Source of the DNA: Halodesulfurarchaeum sp.
Lineage (GTDB): Archaea; Halobacteriota; Halobacteria; Halobacteriales; Halobacteriaceae
Length of the DNA: 64,000 nucleotides
Assembly (NCBI GenBank): GCA_034520565.1
Contig: JAXHNL010000002.1
Span: 928,001-992,000, forward strand
Direction of reading: 5' to 3'
Positions within the stretch are counted from its first letter, which is position 1; each line of letters starts with the position of its first letter. Below, piece by piece: positions 1 through 9,474 of this stretch. A program made the position numbers and the translations under genes. Below the pieces are notes generated by a model. That model was not told where the DNA came from, did no database searches, and saw nothing but the letters and a program-made list of their open reading frames with translations.

Positions 1-2
1 TG

Positions 3-869
3 GTGGTATTTCTCGGCACCGGACTCGTCGGGCTCGGGCTCTCGTTGTATCCGATCGCTCGCATCACGGTTCTCACCGACATCTTCCCGGACGCGGTCGG
101 GAGCGCACTGGGCGTGACGATGGCGACCGGCGACACGGGACAGACGGTACTGCCGCCACTCGTCGGTTTCCTCGCGGCCGCGGTCGCGTGGCAGGTCGGG
201 TTGGGGGTTCTCGTTCCGGTTTTCCTCCTGTTGGCCGCGCTGGTCTGGGTCGTCGTGCCCGACGGAGCGCCCTCGGAGGAAGACGCACTGTCGTTCGACC
301 GGGCTCGGGCCGTGTTCGTCGAACTTCGGACTCGTTCGATGGCCCTGGTTACTGTCGTCCTCTTCTTCTACATCCTCGTTTGGCAGTCCTTCACCGGCTT
401 TTACCCGACCTACCTCGTCGAGATCAAGGGCCTCTCGCCGTCGGTGGCCGGCACGGTCTTTGCGCTGTTCTTCGGCGTCGGCGTCGTCGTGAAACCGATT
501 TCCGGGGATGCATACGACCGCTTCGGCATGCGAGCCTCGCTTCTGGCCGTGCTCGTCGGCCCCGTCCTCGGGCTCGCGATGCTTCCCTTCGTCGAGGGCG
601 TCGTCGCGTTGATCGCTCTGACGGCGCTGGTCAGCACGATGCTGGGGTCGGGAGCGATCACCCAGTCCTACCTCGCAGAGGAGATCCCGGCGGAGATCCG
701 GGGCACCGGACTCGGCGTGGTCCGCACGACAGCCGCGTCGATGGGCGCGGCCGGTCCCGTACTGTTCGGGCTGCTGGCAGACGGTGGCTATTTCGACGAA
801 GCGTATCTCGTCCTGGCCGCCCTGATGGTCCTCATTCTGGGACTGACGTCCCTGCTGCCCCGACCGTGA
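3..869 (+). CDS. MFS transporter (5'-truncated by window edge)
   Basis: Many TM helices; MFS motif-A-like SGDAYDRFGMR; ends TGA at 869. Confidence 0.85.
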   Translation: MVFLGTGLVGLGLSLYPIARITVLTDIFPDAVGSALGVTMATGDTGQTVLPPLVGFLAAAVAWQVGLGVLVPVFLLLAALVWVVVPDGAPSEEDALSFDRARAVFVELRTRSMALVTVVLFFYILVWQSFTGFYPTYLVEIKGLSPSVAGTVFALFFGVGVVVKPISGDAYDRFGMRASLLAVLVGPVLGLAMLPFVEGVVALIALTALVSTMLGSGAITQSYLAEEIPAEIRGTGLGVVRTTAASMGAAGPVLFGLLADGGYFDEAYLVLAALMVLILGLTSLLPRP

Positions 870-904
870 GGATTGTCCGCCGGTGAAGTTCCGCAGTCGG
901 TGGC

Positions 905-2575
905 TTACTCCGCGTCCTCGACCGGTGCGTTCGGCGCGTTCAGTTTCACACTCTCGATCCCGTCCCTGGCACTGCTCCGGCTCGTGTATCCCTGTCCGCT
1001 ATCGGCCATAATCTGGCCGTTCCGGTGGCGCAATCGCCATCGCGTCGCTCCGGATTTGTCCTCGAAGAGTTCGAATGCGGCCGACCCGATTTCGAGCCGG
1101 TCGGCGTCGGGAACGTACGTGCGAACTCGGTCAATTGCCTCCTCGAGGGCACGCTTCGAACTGTATCCCTCGCCGCTGTCGGCCATGATCTCGTCGTTTC
1201 CACCACGGAGCCGGAAGCGATGTTCTCCGGCTTTGTCGGTGTAGGTTTCGAACTCCATCTCTTCGACGTCCGTTCGAATCGTTTCGATGGCCCGGCGGGC
1301 GTTCCCGCGGCTCGCATAGCCCTCGCCGCTGTCGGCCAAGATGTTCCCGTTCCGGTGGACGAGCCGCCATCGCCACTGCCCGGCCCGGTCCTCGTAGACT
1401 TCGAACGCGGTCGGGTCCGGCCAGAGGTAATCCGCCGGTCCGACGGAGGCTTTGACCCGATCGATCGCGTTCCCGGCCTCGTGTTTCGAGCTGTATCCCT
1501 CGCCGCTGTCGGCGATGATCTCGCCGTTGTCGTGGCGAAGCCGCCAGCGGTAGCCTCCCTCCCGATCCTCGTAGCGCTCGAACGTCGCATTGCTCTCACG
1601 AGTCTCGACCGGCTCGAACGTCTCCTCGGTTTCGGGAAGGTCCTCCTTTTTCTCGTAGAGGAGGACCGGCGCACCGTACGCGTCACGCCGGACGGCTTCC
1701 AGTCCGCTCTGGGCGTTGTGCATCTGGGTGTATCCCTGGCCGCTGCTGGCGATGATGTTACCGTTTCGGTGTCTGAGCCGCCACCGGTACTCCCCGGCCC
1801 GATCTTCGTACAGTTCGACGCGGCTCTGACTGGTGGCGATCGTCCGCAACCGTGCGGCGAGATCGTGTTCGTCGACTGCCGTGTCCGCGAGCTGTTCGCG
1901 AACCTCCCCGAGGACGGCCGCGAGGTCCGCTTCGTCCGCTTTGACGTCACCCACCCGGTCCCGAATCGTTCTCAGGACGACAGCGAGGTCGGATTCGTCG
2001 GCTTTCGCGTCCACGAGTTGCGCTCGGATGACGGCAAGGACTTTCGCGAGTTCGGCTTCGTCAGTCTCGGTGTCTTCGAGCGCCGATCGCAGGGCCTCGA
2101 GTTCCGATGCGAGTGCGCTCACTTTGGCTTCGAGTTCGGCCCGGTCGGTGAGCATCGGGACGAAGACGGCGCCGATGGCCATCAGGGCGAGCCCCCCAAG
2201 GTAAAGACCGATGATCGTGGTGTGACCGGTGTACTGGCCCCACTGTTCGGGATACGCGGCCACGAACCAGAGGATCGCGATTGCGTTCAGGGCCAGCCCG
2301 GCCCACACGAGCCAGGTCGCTTCGCGTCGCAGTGGAAGTCGAATGACCGGGCCGGCAAAGACGAGGGCGAGTCCAGCGGCCGCCAGGACGTACGCCCACT
2401 GCCGAAATGCAGCCGCCGGACTACTCGCGAGGAAGAGGAGTACCCCGAGAATCGCGAGTATCGTGCCGACGGCGAAAAGCCAGTATCCCTGGACCTCGTC
2501 GTCGGTCGACGGTTTTCCCACGTGCGTTCGATACCACTGGTGCAGTGTGCTGTTGCTCGTGGTCGTCGAATCCAT
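905..2575 (-). CDS. Membrane-anchored coiled-coil protein with five tandem DUF1508/YegP (HVO_2922-like) domains
   Basis: Likely start MDSTTTS (2575); about 4 N-terminal TM helices; four 21-aa coiled-coil repeats; five copies of a FE.YED.AG..RWRL.H.NG.I.ADSGEGY-type motif. Confidence 0.85.
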   Translation of the reverse strand: MDSTTTSNSTLHQWYRTHVGKPSTDDEVQGYWLFAVGTILAILGVLLFLASSPAAAFRQWAYVLAAAGLALVFAGPVIRLPLRREATWLVWAGLALNAIAILWFVAAYPEQWGQYTGHTTIIGLYLGGLALMAIGAVFVPMLTDRAELEAKVSALASELEALRSALEDTETDEAELAKVLAVIRAQLVDAKADESDLAVVLRTIRDRVGDVKADEADLAAVLGEVREQLADTAVDEHDLAARLRTIATSQSRVELYEDRAGEYRWRLRHRNGNIIASSGQGYTQMHNAQSGLEAVRRDAYGAPVLLYEKKEDLPETEETFEPVETRESNATFERYEDREGGYRWRLRHDNGEIIADSGEGYSSKHEAGNAIDRVKASVGPADYLWPDPTAFEVYEDRAGQWRWRLVHRNGNILADSGEGYASRGNARRAIETIRTDVEEMEFETYTDKAGEHRFRLRGGNDEIMADSGEGYSSKRALEEAIDRVRTYVPDADRLEIGSAAFELFEDKSGATRWRLRHRNGQIMADSGQGYTSRSSARDGIESVKLNAPNAPVEDAE

Positions 2576-2660
2576 ATCGTATATTGACACGTCCGGACCA
2601 AATAACTCTATGCCTCCCCGCCATTCCAACGACGATTACTGATCATGCACCTGAGTCCGG

Positions 2661-2689
2661 GATTAATTACAGTTAATCAAATTTTATAT
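2661..2689. promoter_or_regulatory. Inverted repeat GATTAA-N6-TTAATC plus TATA box in a divergent promoter
   Basis: gattaa(2661-66) ttacag ttaatc(2673-78); ttttatat at 2682-2689 lies about 25-30 nt before ATG 2714. Confidence 0.5.
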
Positions 2690-2713
2690 GGCTGGGCCGT
2701 GTGACCACCGGTA

Positions 2714-2914
2714 ATGAGCGATTACACGACGATTTCTCTCAAGAGAGAGTTCGTGGAGGACGTCGAGGCGTACATCGAGGACGAACCCTTCAGCTCCGTC
2801 AAAGAATTCGTCAAACACCTCCTCCTCCGGGAAATGGAGTCCGAGGAGGGCATTTCGGAGGCGGAGGCCAAGGCCCTCGGACAGAAACTCCAGGACCTCG
2901 GGTACGTCGATTGA
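2714..2914 (+). CDS. Ribbon-helix-helix (CopG-like) transcriptional regulator
   Basis: YTTISL beta-strand followed by two helices (FSSVKEFVKHLL); haloarchaeal LQDLGY tail. Confidence 0.75.
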   Translation: MSDYTTISLKREFVEDVEAYIEDEPFSSVKEFVKHLLLREMESEEGISEAEAKALGQKLQDLGYVD

Positions 2915-3127
2915 ATGACTGGGAACCGCCAGCGGGCGAGTACTTCCCTCTCGCGGTACGACGCGATCCTGCTCGCGATCCCGGCGCTTTTCCTCGCGAC
3001 GGGGCTTGCAGCGACGGTCTTCGACGTGAACCACCTGCTTGCACTCGCCACGGCCTCCCTCGCGAGTGGACTCCTTGTCGCTGACTCCCTCTTTTTCAAC
3101 CCGCCGGTCGAGAGCGGGATTCGCTGA
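2915..3127 (+). CDS. Small two-TM membrane protein
   Basis: ATG immediately after the RHH stop; two hydrophobic helices; SRYD..L..IP...LF.NPP pattern. Confidence 0.65.
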   Translation: MTGNRQRASTSLSRYDAILLAIPALFLATGLAATVFDVNHLLALATASLASGLLVADSLFFNPPVESGIR

Positions 3128-3174
3128 ACGGGCTTTTCGAAAGGGCAAGGTGGCTGCCGTCCGAGGCGTTTCTC

Positions 3175-3453
3175 ATGGCTCCAACCGTTGATGATCGCCG
3201 GAACGAGATCCGCGAGGCTGTCGGTCGCCACGCGAGGATCGAGTCGACGGCGTTCACGAAGGAAGCCCTCGCGGCCATCTGCGAGGCAGTCGGGGAGCCC
3301 GTCGAACCGGGCCGGATGCCGTCGAAATCGACGATGCGGGCCCGGATCCTCCAGGCCATCGATCCGGAGGCAGAAGCCCCTTCGAACCCCTTCGATCGGG
3401 CCTTTCGCAAGGCCGAACTCGATCGGATCGCCGCAGCACTGAACGGGGAATAG
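3175..3453 (+). CDS. Hypothetical protein (92 aa)
   Basis: Acidic, helical composition typical of haloarchaeal proteins. Confidence 0.65.
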   Translation: MAPTVDDRRNEIREAVGRHARIESTAFTKEALAAICEAVGEPVEPGRMPSKSTMRARILQAIDPEAEAPSNPFDRAFRKAELDRIAAALNGE

Positions 3454-3515
3454 CGGCCGGCCCCGACGGGGTCTCGTCGACGGGGTATTTCACCTTGTGG
3501 CCCGACAGGGTTCGT

Positions 3516-4028
3516 ATGGCCGCGCTGGCAACCGCATTTCGGCGATTTCCACGTGACCGGCCGGTTATTTCACTGCTCGTGAGCGTGCTGGCCGTCGAAA
3601 TCGTCGGGGCCTCGGGCGCCGTGTTCACGGTCCAGGGGCTGGGCGAATGGTACGGATCGCTCACCCAGCCCGCAATCGCGCCGCCGAACTGGCTCTTCGG
3701 CCCGGTCTGGACCACGCTGTTCGGCCTGCTGGGGATCGCCGTCTGGCTCGTCTGGCGACGCGCCGAAGACTCCCCGGAACGGGTCCGCCTTGCGATGGGG
3801 GTCTTCGCGATCCACTTCGCGTTCAACCTGGCGTGGTCGGCCGCCTTCTTCGCGTTGCAGGCGATCGCTCTCGGGCTGGCGGTGATCCTCGTCCTCTGGG
3901 CTCTCATTCTCGCCACCATCTGGGCCTTCGACCGGGTCGATCGACGGGCCGCTTTGCTCCTCGTTCCCTACCTCTTGTGGGTCACCTTCGCCACCCTCCT
4001 CAACTACCAGTTCTGGATCCTCAACTGA
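3516..4028 (+). CDS. tspO: TspO/MBR tryptophan-rich sensory protein
   Basis: WYGSLTQPAIAPPNWLFGPVWT and LLVPYLLWVTFA motifs; five TM helices. Confidence 0.92.
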   Translation: MAALATAFRRFPRDRPVISLLVSVLAVEIVGASGAVFTVQGLGEWYGSLTQPAIAPPNWLFGPVWTTLFGLLGIAVWLVWRRAEDSPERVRLAMGVFAIHFAFNLAWSAAFFALQAIALGLAVILVLWALILATIWAFDRVDRRAALLLVPYLLWVTFATLLNYQFWILN

Positions 4029-4198
4029 GCCGTGTCGAGTGCAACGCCTCGTTCCTGGCCGAGCGGGTGGAATTCCTGGCCGTCGAAGGTGACCTTTTTG
4101 CGGTCGGTCCCGAAACGGTCGGCTATGGGCGTCGATCGACCGCGTGACAGTTCCGAACCGTCGGTCAGTGATCGTCCGGACCGGAGGATTCGAGACCG

Positions 4199-5509
4199 AT
4201 GAGGAGGAACTGGTTGGTCTCGTGGGGACTGGGAGCGGTCTCCTTTGGCGGGGCCTCTTTGCTCGTTCCGCTTTACATCGTCCGTCTGGGGGCATCACCT
4301 TTCGACCTGGGGATCATGGCCGCCGCGGCCGCGATAATCGCCGCTCCCGGTGCCATTCTCTTCGGGCGGCTGGCGAGTGGAGCGAGTCACCGCCGGGCAC
4401 TGGTACTTCTCACGCTGGCGACGGCGACGGTCACGCTCTCGGCGATACCGTTGCTCCAGTCGATTCGTGGCGTGATCGTGGTGAACACGATATTCTGGTT
4501 CGTTATCGCCTCGGTCGGGCCGGTGGTCACGATGCTCGTCGTCGAGAACACCCCCGAATCCGAGTGGAGCACGCAAATCGGCGTGGTGAACACGTACTAC
4601 GGCTATGGGTGGGCCGGCGGCCTCGTGCTCGGGATGGTCTGGCCGCTCCTCGGGACCCGGCTGTTCGAGGCGGCATTGGTAGATCGGGGGCTGTTCTGGC
4701 TGCTTGCCGGCGTGGCCGGACTCAGCACACTGAGTGCGGCCTGGACGTTGCCGAAGCCGGACCCGGCAGATGACGTCACGACCGCGCGGACGGCCCGTCG
4801 CGTCGCCAGGTTGCTCGCCCGTTCCGGCCGGCACGTCCGCGGGGCGACTTTCGTCTTCCCGGCGAACCGTCTCTACTGGTCGACTCGGGGTTTCCGCGTG
4901 TCCAAGCTGGGTGCCATTCTCGATTCGACACTTTCGGTCTTTCTGCTCGCGTCGGGCCTGTTTTTCGCCGGGTTCGCCGCATTTTGGGCGCCGCTCCCCC
5001 ACCTGCTTGCGGGGGTTGGCTACGATTCCGGCCACATCTTCGGCCTGTACCTCCTCTCGAGTCTCTCGGGGGCGGTGCTTTTCGAACCGGTCGGCAAACT
5101 CGCGAGGCGCACGGACGAGTGGTGGTTGGTCGGGGGCGCACTCGCGGTTCGTGGGGTCCTGTTTCCGATTGTCGCGGTTGGGGCGGGACTGGGGCTTACG
5201 GCCCTTGGAATCGTCCTCCTCGGGGGCCTGCTTCTGGCGGTGGGAATCACGTGGGCCGTGATCGCCGTGGTCGGGACGACCATCGTCACTCGCCTCGCCC
5301 CGCCGGGTCTTCGCGGGGAAGCACTCGGGAGCTACGTGGCAATCGGCGCGGTCGCCGGCGGGATCGGAAGCGCGCTTGGCGGCTGGCTGGCGACGTTCGG
5401 GTTTCTCCACGCGTTCGCCGTCGCGGGCGGGCTGGTGCTTTCCGGATCGCTCCTCGTGGTTTCGTTGCGGGACCGCTCGACAGAACCGCCCTCGAAGGGG
5501 GACGGCTGA
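4199..5509 (+). CDS. MFS transporter
   Basis: About 12 TM helices; FGRLAS...RR loop; APPGLRGEALG. Confidence 0.85.
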   Translation: MRRNWLVSWGLGAVSFGGASLLVPLYIVRLGASPFDLGIMAAAAAIIAAPGAILFGRLASGASHRRALVLLTLATATVTLSAIPLLQSIRGVIVVNTIFWFVIASVGPVVTMLVVENTPESEWSTQIGVVNTYYGYGWAGGLVLGMVWPLLGTRLFEAALVDRGLFWLLAGVAGLSTLSAAWTLPKPDPADDVTTARTARRVARLLARSGRHVRGATFVFPANRLYWSTRGFRVSKLGAILDSTLSVFLLASGLFFAGFAAFWAPLPHLLAGVGYDSGHIFGLYLLSSLSGAVLFEPVGKLARRTDEWWLVGGALAVRGVLFPIVAVGAGLGLTALGIVLLGGLLLAVGITWAVIAVVGTTIVTRLAPPGLRGEALGSYVAIGAVAGGIGSALGGWLATFGFLHAFAVAGGLVLSGSLLVVSLRDRSTEPPSKGDG

Positions 5510-5929
5510 TCACCGAAGGACGCTCTTCGCGTAGGCCCCGGCGAGCATCCCGGCGATCGCGACGAGTATCGGGTAGTTTCCGATCCCGACGCTGGCGTAG
5601 GCGGCGCCCGGGCAAATGCCCGAGAGTCCCCACCCGACCCCGAAGAGGACCCCTCCCAGCAGGACGTCATGGTCCATCGACCGGAGCCGCTTCGTGTACG
5701 CGGCTCCGGTGAGCGGCGCGGTTCGATCGAGCCGCGTACCCACCGCGATGGCCAGCCCGGTCACGACCGCGCCGCCGCCCATGACGAAGAGCAAGCCGAA
5801 GTCCGCAAGCTGGAGGAAGGAGAGCACGACCTCCGGACGGGCCATCTGGCTGATCGCCAGGCCGAACCCGAACAGCAACCCACCGAGATAGACCACGACG
5901 TAGAAGCCGAGTCCCCGGTCGCCGTTCAT
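5510..5929 (-). CDS. YeeE/YedE-family sulfur-compound transporter subunit
   Basis: GGLLFGFGLAISQM..PEVV and GGVLFGVGWGLSGICPG motifs. Confidence 0.88.
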   Translation of the reverse strand: MNGDRGLGFYVVVYLGGLLFGFGLAISQMARPEVVLSFLQLADFGLLFVMGGGAVVTGLAIAVGTRLDRTAPLTGAAYTKRLRSMDHDVLLGGVLFGVGWGLSGICPGAAYASVGIGNYPILVAIAGMLAGAYAKSVLR

Positions 5930-5963
5930 CGGCTCACCTCCCGGGCGGGGACCCCATCGCCGG

Positions 5964-6455
5964 TCATGGTGTCACCCCGAGCGCCATGACCCCGAGGGCG
6001 GTTCCGATCGCCACGAGGAGGAAGACGATCACGTTCGTGATCGAGGTCTCCGAGAGCGAGCCGACCCCACAGATCCCGTGGCCGGACGTACAGCCCTTCC
6101 CGAGACGGGTTCCCAGCCCGACGAGGAAGCCGCCGACACCCAGGCGCCAGAGTTGCACTTCGGTCGTCCAGATTCCCCCGCCACTGACGACCGTGAAGAG
6201 GACGGCCCCCGAGACGATCCCGGCGGTGAAGACGAGTCGCCAGCCACGGGAACGCTTCAGCGGGAATCGATTGAGCGACGGCCGACGGGAGACGTAGCTC
6301 AGCGAGGATTCGAGCACCGTACTCGCACCCGGCGTGAGTCCGGTCAACGCGTAAATGAACGAGACCCCGAGCCCGATGAGCACGCCCCCGACCGCGTAGT
6401 GGAGCACCCCGTTTGGAAACAGCGACGCGAGAAGCTCCGGTGGAACGAGGGCCAT
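5964..6455 (-). CDS. YeeE/YedE-family sulfur-compound transporter subunit
   Basis: GGFLVGLGTRLGKGCTSGHGICG signature. Confidence 0.9.
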   Translation of the reverse strand: MALVPPELLASLFPNGVLHYAVGGVLIGLGVSFIYALTGLTPGASTVLESSLSYVSRRPSLNRFPLKRSRGWRLVFTAGIVSGAVLFTVVSGGGIWTTEVQLWRLGVGGFLVGLGTRLGKGCTSGHGICGVGSLSETSITNVIVFLLVAIGTALGVMALGVTP

Positions 6456-6457
6456 GG

Positions 6458-7651
6458 TTAGCTCGTCGTTGCGCCCTGGCTCGCCGCGCAGTTGTTCGGC
6501 CCGAGTTCGATGCGGAACGCTTCTGTCTCGTCGATCGCCCGATGGCCGAGGTTGGCGTCGATGATCGTCTCGTAGTTGGCCGGTCGCGGAGGCATGTTCG
6601 CGAGAATGTGCTCGACGAAGTCCTCCTTTGCCATCGACAGTGCCGGCATGGTCTTCCGGAGGTCGCCCAGTCTGGCCGTGTACGTCCCGTCAGTGGCCGG
6701 CTTCTCGTTTTCGGCTCGATGGCCCCCGGCGACGATCACGTCCGGATCGAGGGAGAGGAGTTTCTCTTGCAGACTGTCGTAGAGCTGTCGTGCAGCCTCG
6801 GGGGCACCTTCATCGCCGGCTTCGAGGTCCGGACGGGCGACGCTGCCGACGAAGAGACTGTCGCCGGTCAAAATTACGGCCCCGTCGACGAGATAGCTGG
6901 TCATGCCGGTGGTGTGTCCCGGCGTGTGGATGGCCTCGATGGTCACTTCGCCGACCTCCACCGTGTCGCCGTCATCGATCTGGGTGAGGTCGGCCTCGAC
7001 TTCCATCCCCCGCTCGACGGTCGTCTGGGGAACGACTCCCTCGACCCCGGCTTCCGAAAGCGAGCCCACGCCGCTCACGTGGTCTGCGTGGCAGTGGGTG
7101 TCGATGGCGTACTCGAGGTCGGCCTCTCGAGCCGCGCTATCTTCGAGATATCGGTCGGTAAACGCCCTGAGCGGGTCGATCACGGCGGCCTCGCCGTCGG
7201 ATTCGACCAGGTAGGACAGACAGCCGGTCGAGGGGCGGTGGTACTGGACGACCGTGGCGTTCCCATCGGACGCGCGGATCTCGGTCGCGTCGTAGAGACT
7301 CGCCCACGCGTCCATCCCGCCCTCGAGGGTGACGGCCTCGCGGCCGGCGTCCTCGAGCAGGCCGGCGACGTAGGCACTCGCGTCGCCTTCGGCACAGACC
7401 ACGACGAGCGGATCGCCCTCGGGACTTCGTTCGACCGTCTCGGCTTCGTTCTCGAGGAACACGTAGTAGGGGATGTTTTCGACCTCGACGGCCTCGCCGT
7501 CGATGTGCCACGTTTCGAAATCGCCTTCGACACGGACGTCGAGGATCGAGACCGGGTCGCCGTTCTCGATTCGGCTGCGCAGCGTGGCCGGGCCCATCGT
7601 TCCGGCCCGAGCCTCGGCATTAGGCAGGCCATCGGGGTCGGATTCGTTCAT
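6458..7651 (-). CDS. Rhodanese-MBL-fold (persulfide dioxygenase-like) fusion protein
   Basis: N-terminal rhodanese (ILDVR, VVVCAEG); MBL motifs THCHADH, HTPGHT, TGDSLF; C-terminal ELGPNNCA. Confidence 0.88.
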   Translation of the reverse strand: MNESDPDGLPNAEARAGTMGPATLRSRIENGDPVSILDVRVEGDFETWHIDGEAVEVENIPYYVFLENEAETVERSPEGDPLVVVCAEGDASAYVAGLLEDAGREAVTLEGGMDAWASLYDATEIRASDGNATVVQYHRPSTGCLSYLVESDGEAAVIDPLRAFTDRYLEDSAAREADLEYAIDTHCHADHVSGVGSLSEAGVEGVVPQTTVERGMEVEADLTQIDDGDTVEVGEVTIEAIHTPGHTTGMTSYLVDGAVILTGDSLFVGSVARPDLEAGDEGAPEAARQLYDSLQEKLLSLDPDVIVAGGHRAENEKPATDGTYTARLGDLRKTMPALSMAKEDFVEHILANMPPRPANYETIIDANLGHRAIDETEAFRIELGPNNCAASQGATTS

Positions 7652-7711
7652 TAGTGGTCTCGATTTGTTTGGTCCCCAGGGCTAAAAACCCTGAGTGAAC
7701 GTGCAAGGGAT

Positions 7712-8500
7712 CTACACGTCCCGCCGCCGGAACCACTCGGCGCTGGCGATGAGGAGGCCCAGCGCCACGGCGAGGAGGACGAGCGCCCCGGCGACGTCGT
7801 ACTCCCCGTCGACGAGGATCGCCGCCGGATCGTAGTACCGCGTCGGGCTCAACGCCCCGAGCCACTCGACGTCGGTGTTGTAGGTCACCGTCTCGAGGGT
7901 GAAAAGGCCGAAGAGGACGCCCAGGCCAGCACGCTGTGGAATGTCGGCCCGATCGAAAAAGACCGAGAGAAGGAGACCGATTGCCGCGGCAACCAGCAGG
8001 TACGGGACTGACAGGGCATGGAGCATGACGACGTCGAACACGGGGAGTGACTCCCCGATCGAGTGGACGGCGACCAGCAACACGACCGGCATGAGAACGT
8101 TGATCGCGAGTATCGGCACGAGCAGGGAGAGGTATTTCTCCACGACGATCCGGACCCGGGAGACCGGTGTCGCGAGCAGGGTATCGATCCGGCCCGATTC
8201 GACATCCGCCGCGATCAATCCGCCACCGAGGTAGGTGACATAGAGCCCCAGCATGAGGATCCAGATGAACTGGTAGATCTCGGCGGCGAGAAACCCTCCG
8301 ATCGTGGTGATCGACTCGATGGCGAAGGCACCCTGGAAGGCCTCCGGGAGCGATTCGGCGTACTCCTCGAACGCGGCACCACTGGCCTCGATCGAGGGAA
8401 ATACCCAGACGAGCATGAAGATGTAGAAACTCACGATGACGAGAAGCGTGGCCGTCCCCCTGGCCCGCTGGCGCGCCTCGTATTTCATGATCTCTAGCAT
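7712..8500 (-). CDS. ABC-2 type transporter permease
   Basis: Six TM helices; IAADVESGRIDTLLATPVSR motif. Confidence 0.88.
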   Translation of the reverse strand: MLEIMKYEARQRARGTATLLVIVSFYIFMLVWVFPSIEASGAAFEEYAESLPEAFQGAFAIESITTIGGFLAAEIYQFIWILMLGLYVTYLGGGLIAADVESGRIDTLLATPVSRVRIVVEKYLSLLVPILAINVLMPVVLLVAVHSIGESLPVFDVVMLHALSVPYLLVAAAIGLLLSVFFDRADIPQRAGLGVLFGLFTLETVTYNTDVEWLGALSPTRYYDPAAILVDGEYDVAGALVLLAVALGLLIASAEWFRRRDV

Positions 8501-8584
8501 GGATCCACTCCTCCGGTTGGGTCCGCCAGTCGTTTCCCTGCCGTCTTCGCCCGGGGTGAGTACAGAGACAGCGGGGTTCCTCGC

Positions 8585-9469
8585 TCAGACATGGTCCTCC
8601 CCGTAGTAGTGCATGAATATCTCCTCGAGGGGCGGTTCCTCGATCTCCATGTCCACGAGCGAGTACCCGGAAAGTGTCCCGAGCAGTTCGTTGTAATCCC
8701 CGGTGAACGTGAACCGGGTAACCGTGCCAACCTGTTCGAACTCGACGACCCCTTCGAGGTCGAGGTCCTCGGCCGACAGCGGATCCTCGGTGTGGATCCG
8801 CACGCGTTTGCCCCCCTTCGACAGGAGCGACTCGATGTCCTCGAGGGCCACGAGTTTCCCCTCCCTGATGATCCCGACCCGGTCACAGGCCCGCCTGACC
8901 TCGCCGAGCACGTGCGAGGAGAAAAAGACCGTCGTTCCGGCCGCCCGCTCGTTCCTGAGGAACTTGTTGAGCTGTTCCTGTTTGAGTGGGTCCAGCCCGC
9001 TGGTTGGCTCGTCCATGATGACGAGGTCCGGATCGTGCATGAACGTCTGGATGAGCCCCAGCATCTGCCGGTTGCCGCTCGAATAGGTCCTGATCTTCCG
9101 GTCGAGAGGCGGATCGAAGATGTCGGTCATCTCATCGAGGCGCTCGCCGCCCTTCAATTTCGCCTGGTACTCGAGGAATGACCGACCGGTGACCGACTCG
9201 GTGAAGGCCAACTCGCCGGGGAGATAGCCGATGTTTCGCCGGGCTTCGCGCAACGCTTCGGCGTCGGTGATGTCCGCCCCGAGGACCGTCGCCGTCCCGC
9301 TGGTCGGCGAGATAAATCCCAGTAGCTGACGGATCGTCGTCGTCTTCCCGGCCCCGTTCGGACCGAGATAGCCGAATATTTCCCCCGCCTCGACGCCGAA
9401 CGTGAGGTCGTCGTTCGCGAGCGTATCCCCGTAATCCTTCGTGAGCCCGGTGACGTCGATGACGGTCAT
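8585..9469 (-). CDS. ABC transporter ATP-binding protein
   Basis: Walker A GPNGAGKTT, signature YSSGNRQ, Walker B VIMDEP, H-loop SSH; start set at MTVIDV. Confidence 0.93.
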   Translation of the reverse strand: MTVIDVTGLTKDYGDTLANDDLTFGVEAGEIFGYLGPNGAGKTTTIRQLLGFISPTSGTATVLGADITDAEALREARRNIGYLPGELAFTESVTGRSFLEYQAKLKGGERLDEMTDIFDPPLDRKIRTYSSGNRQMLGLIQTFMHDPDLVIMDEPTSGLDPLKQEQLNKFLRNERAAGTTVFFSSHVLGEVRRACDRVGIIREGKLVALEDIESLLSKGGKRVRIHTEDPLSAEDLDLEGVVEFEQVGTVTRFTFTGDYNELLGTLSGYSLVDMEIEEPPLEEIFMHYYGEDHV

Positions 9470-9474
9470 GTCGC

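Noticed and set aside
8494-8592. Short ORF (MSERGTPL...) bridging the ABC ATPase and the permease
   Set aside because: About 32 codons with no motif; the permease has its own GGAGGAG SD
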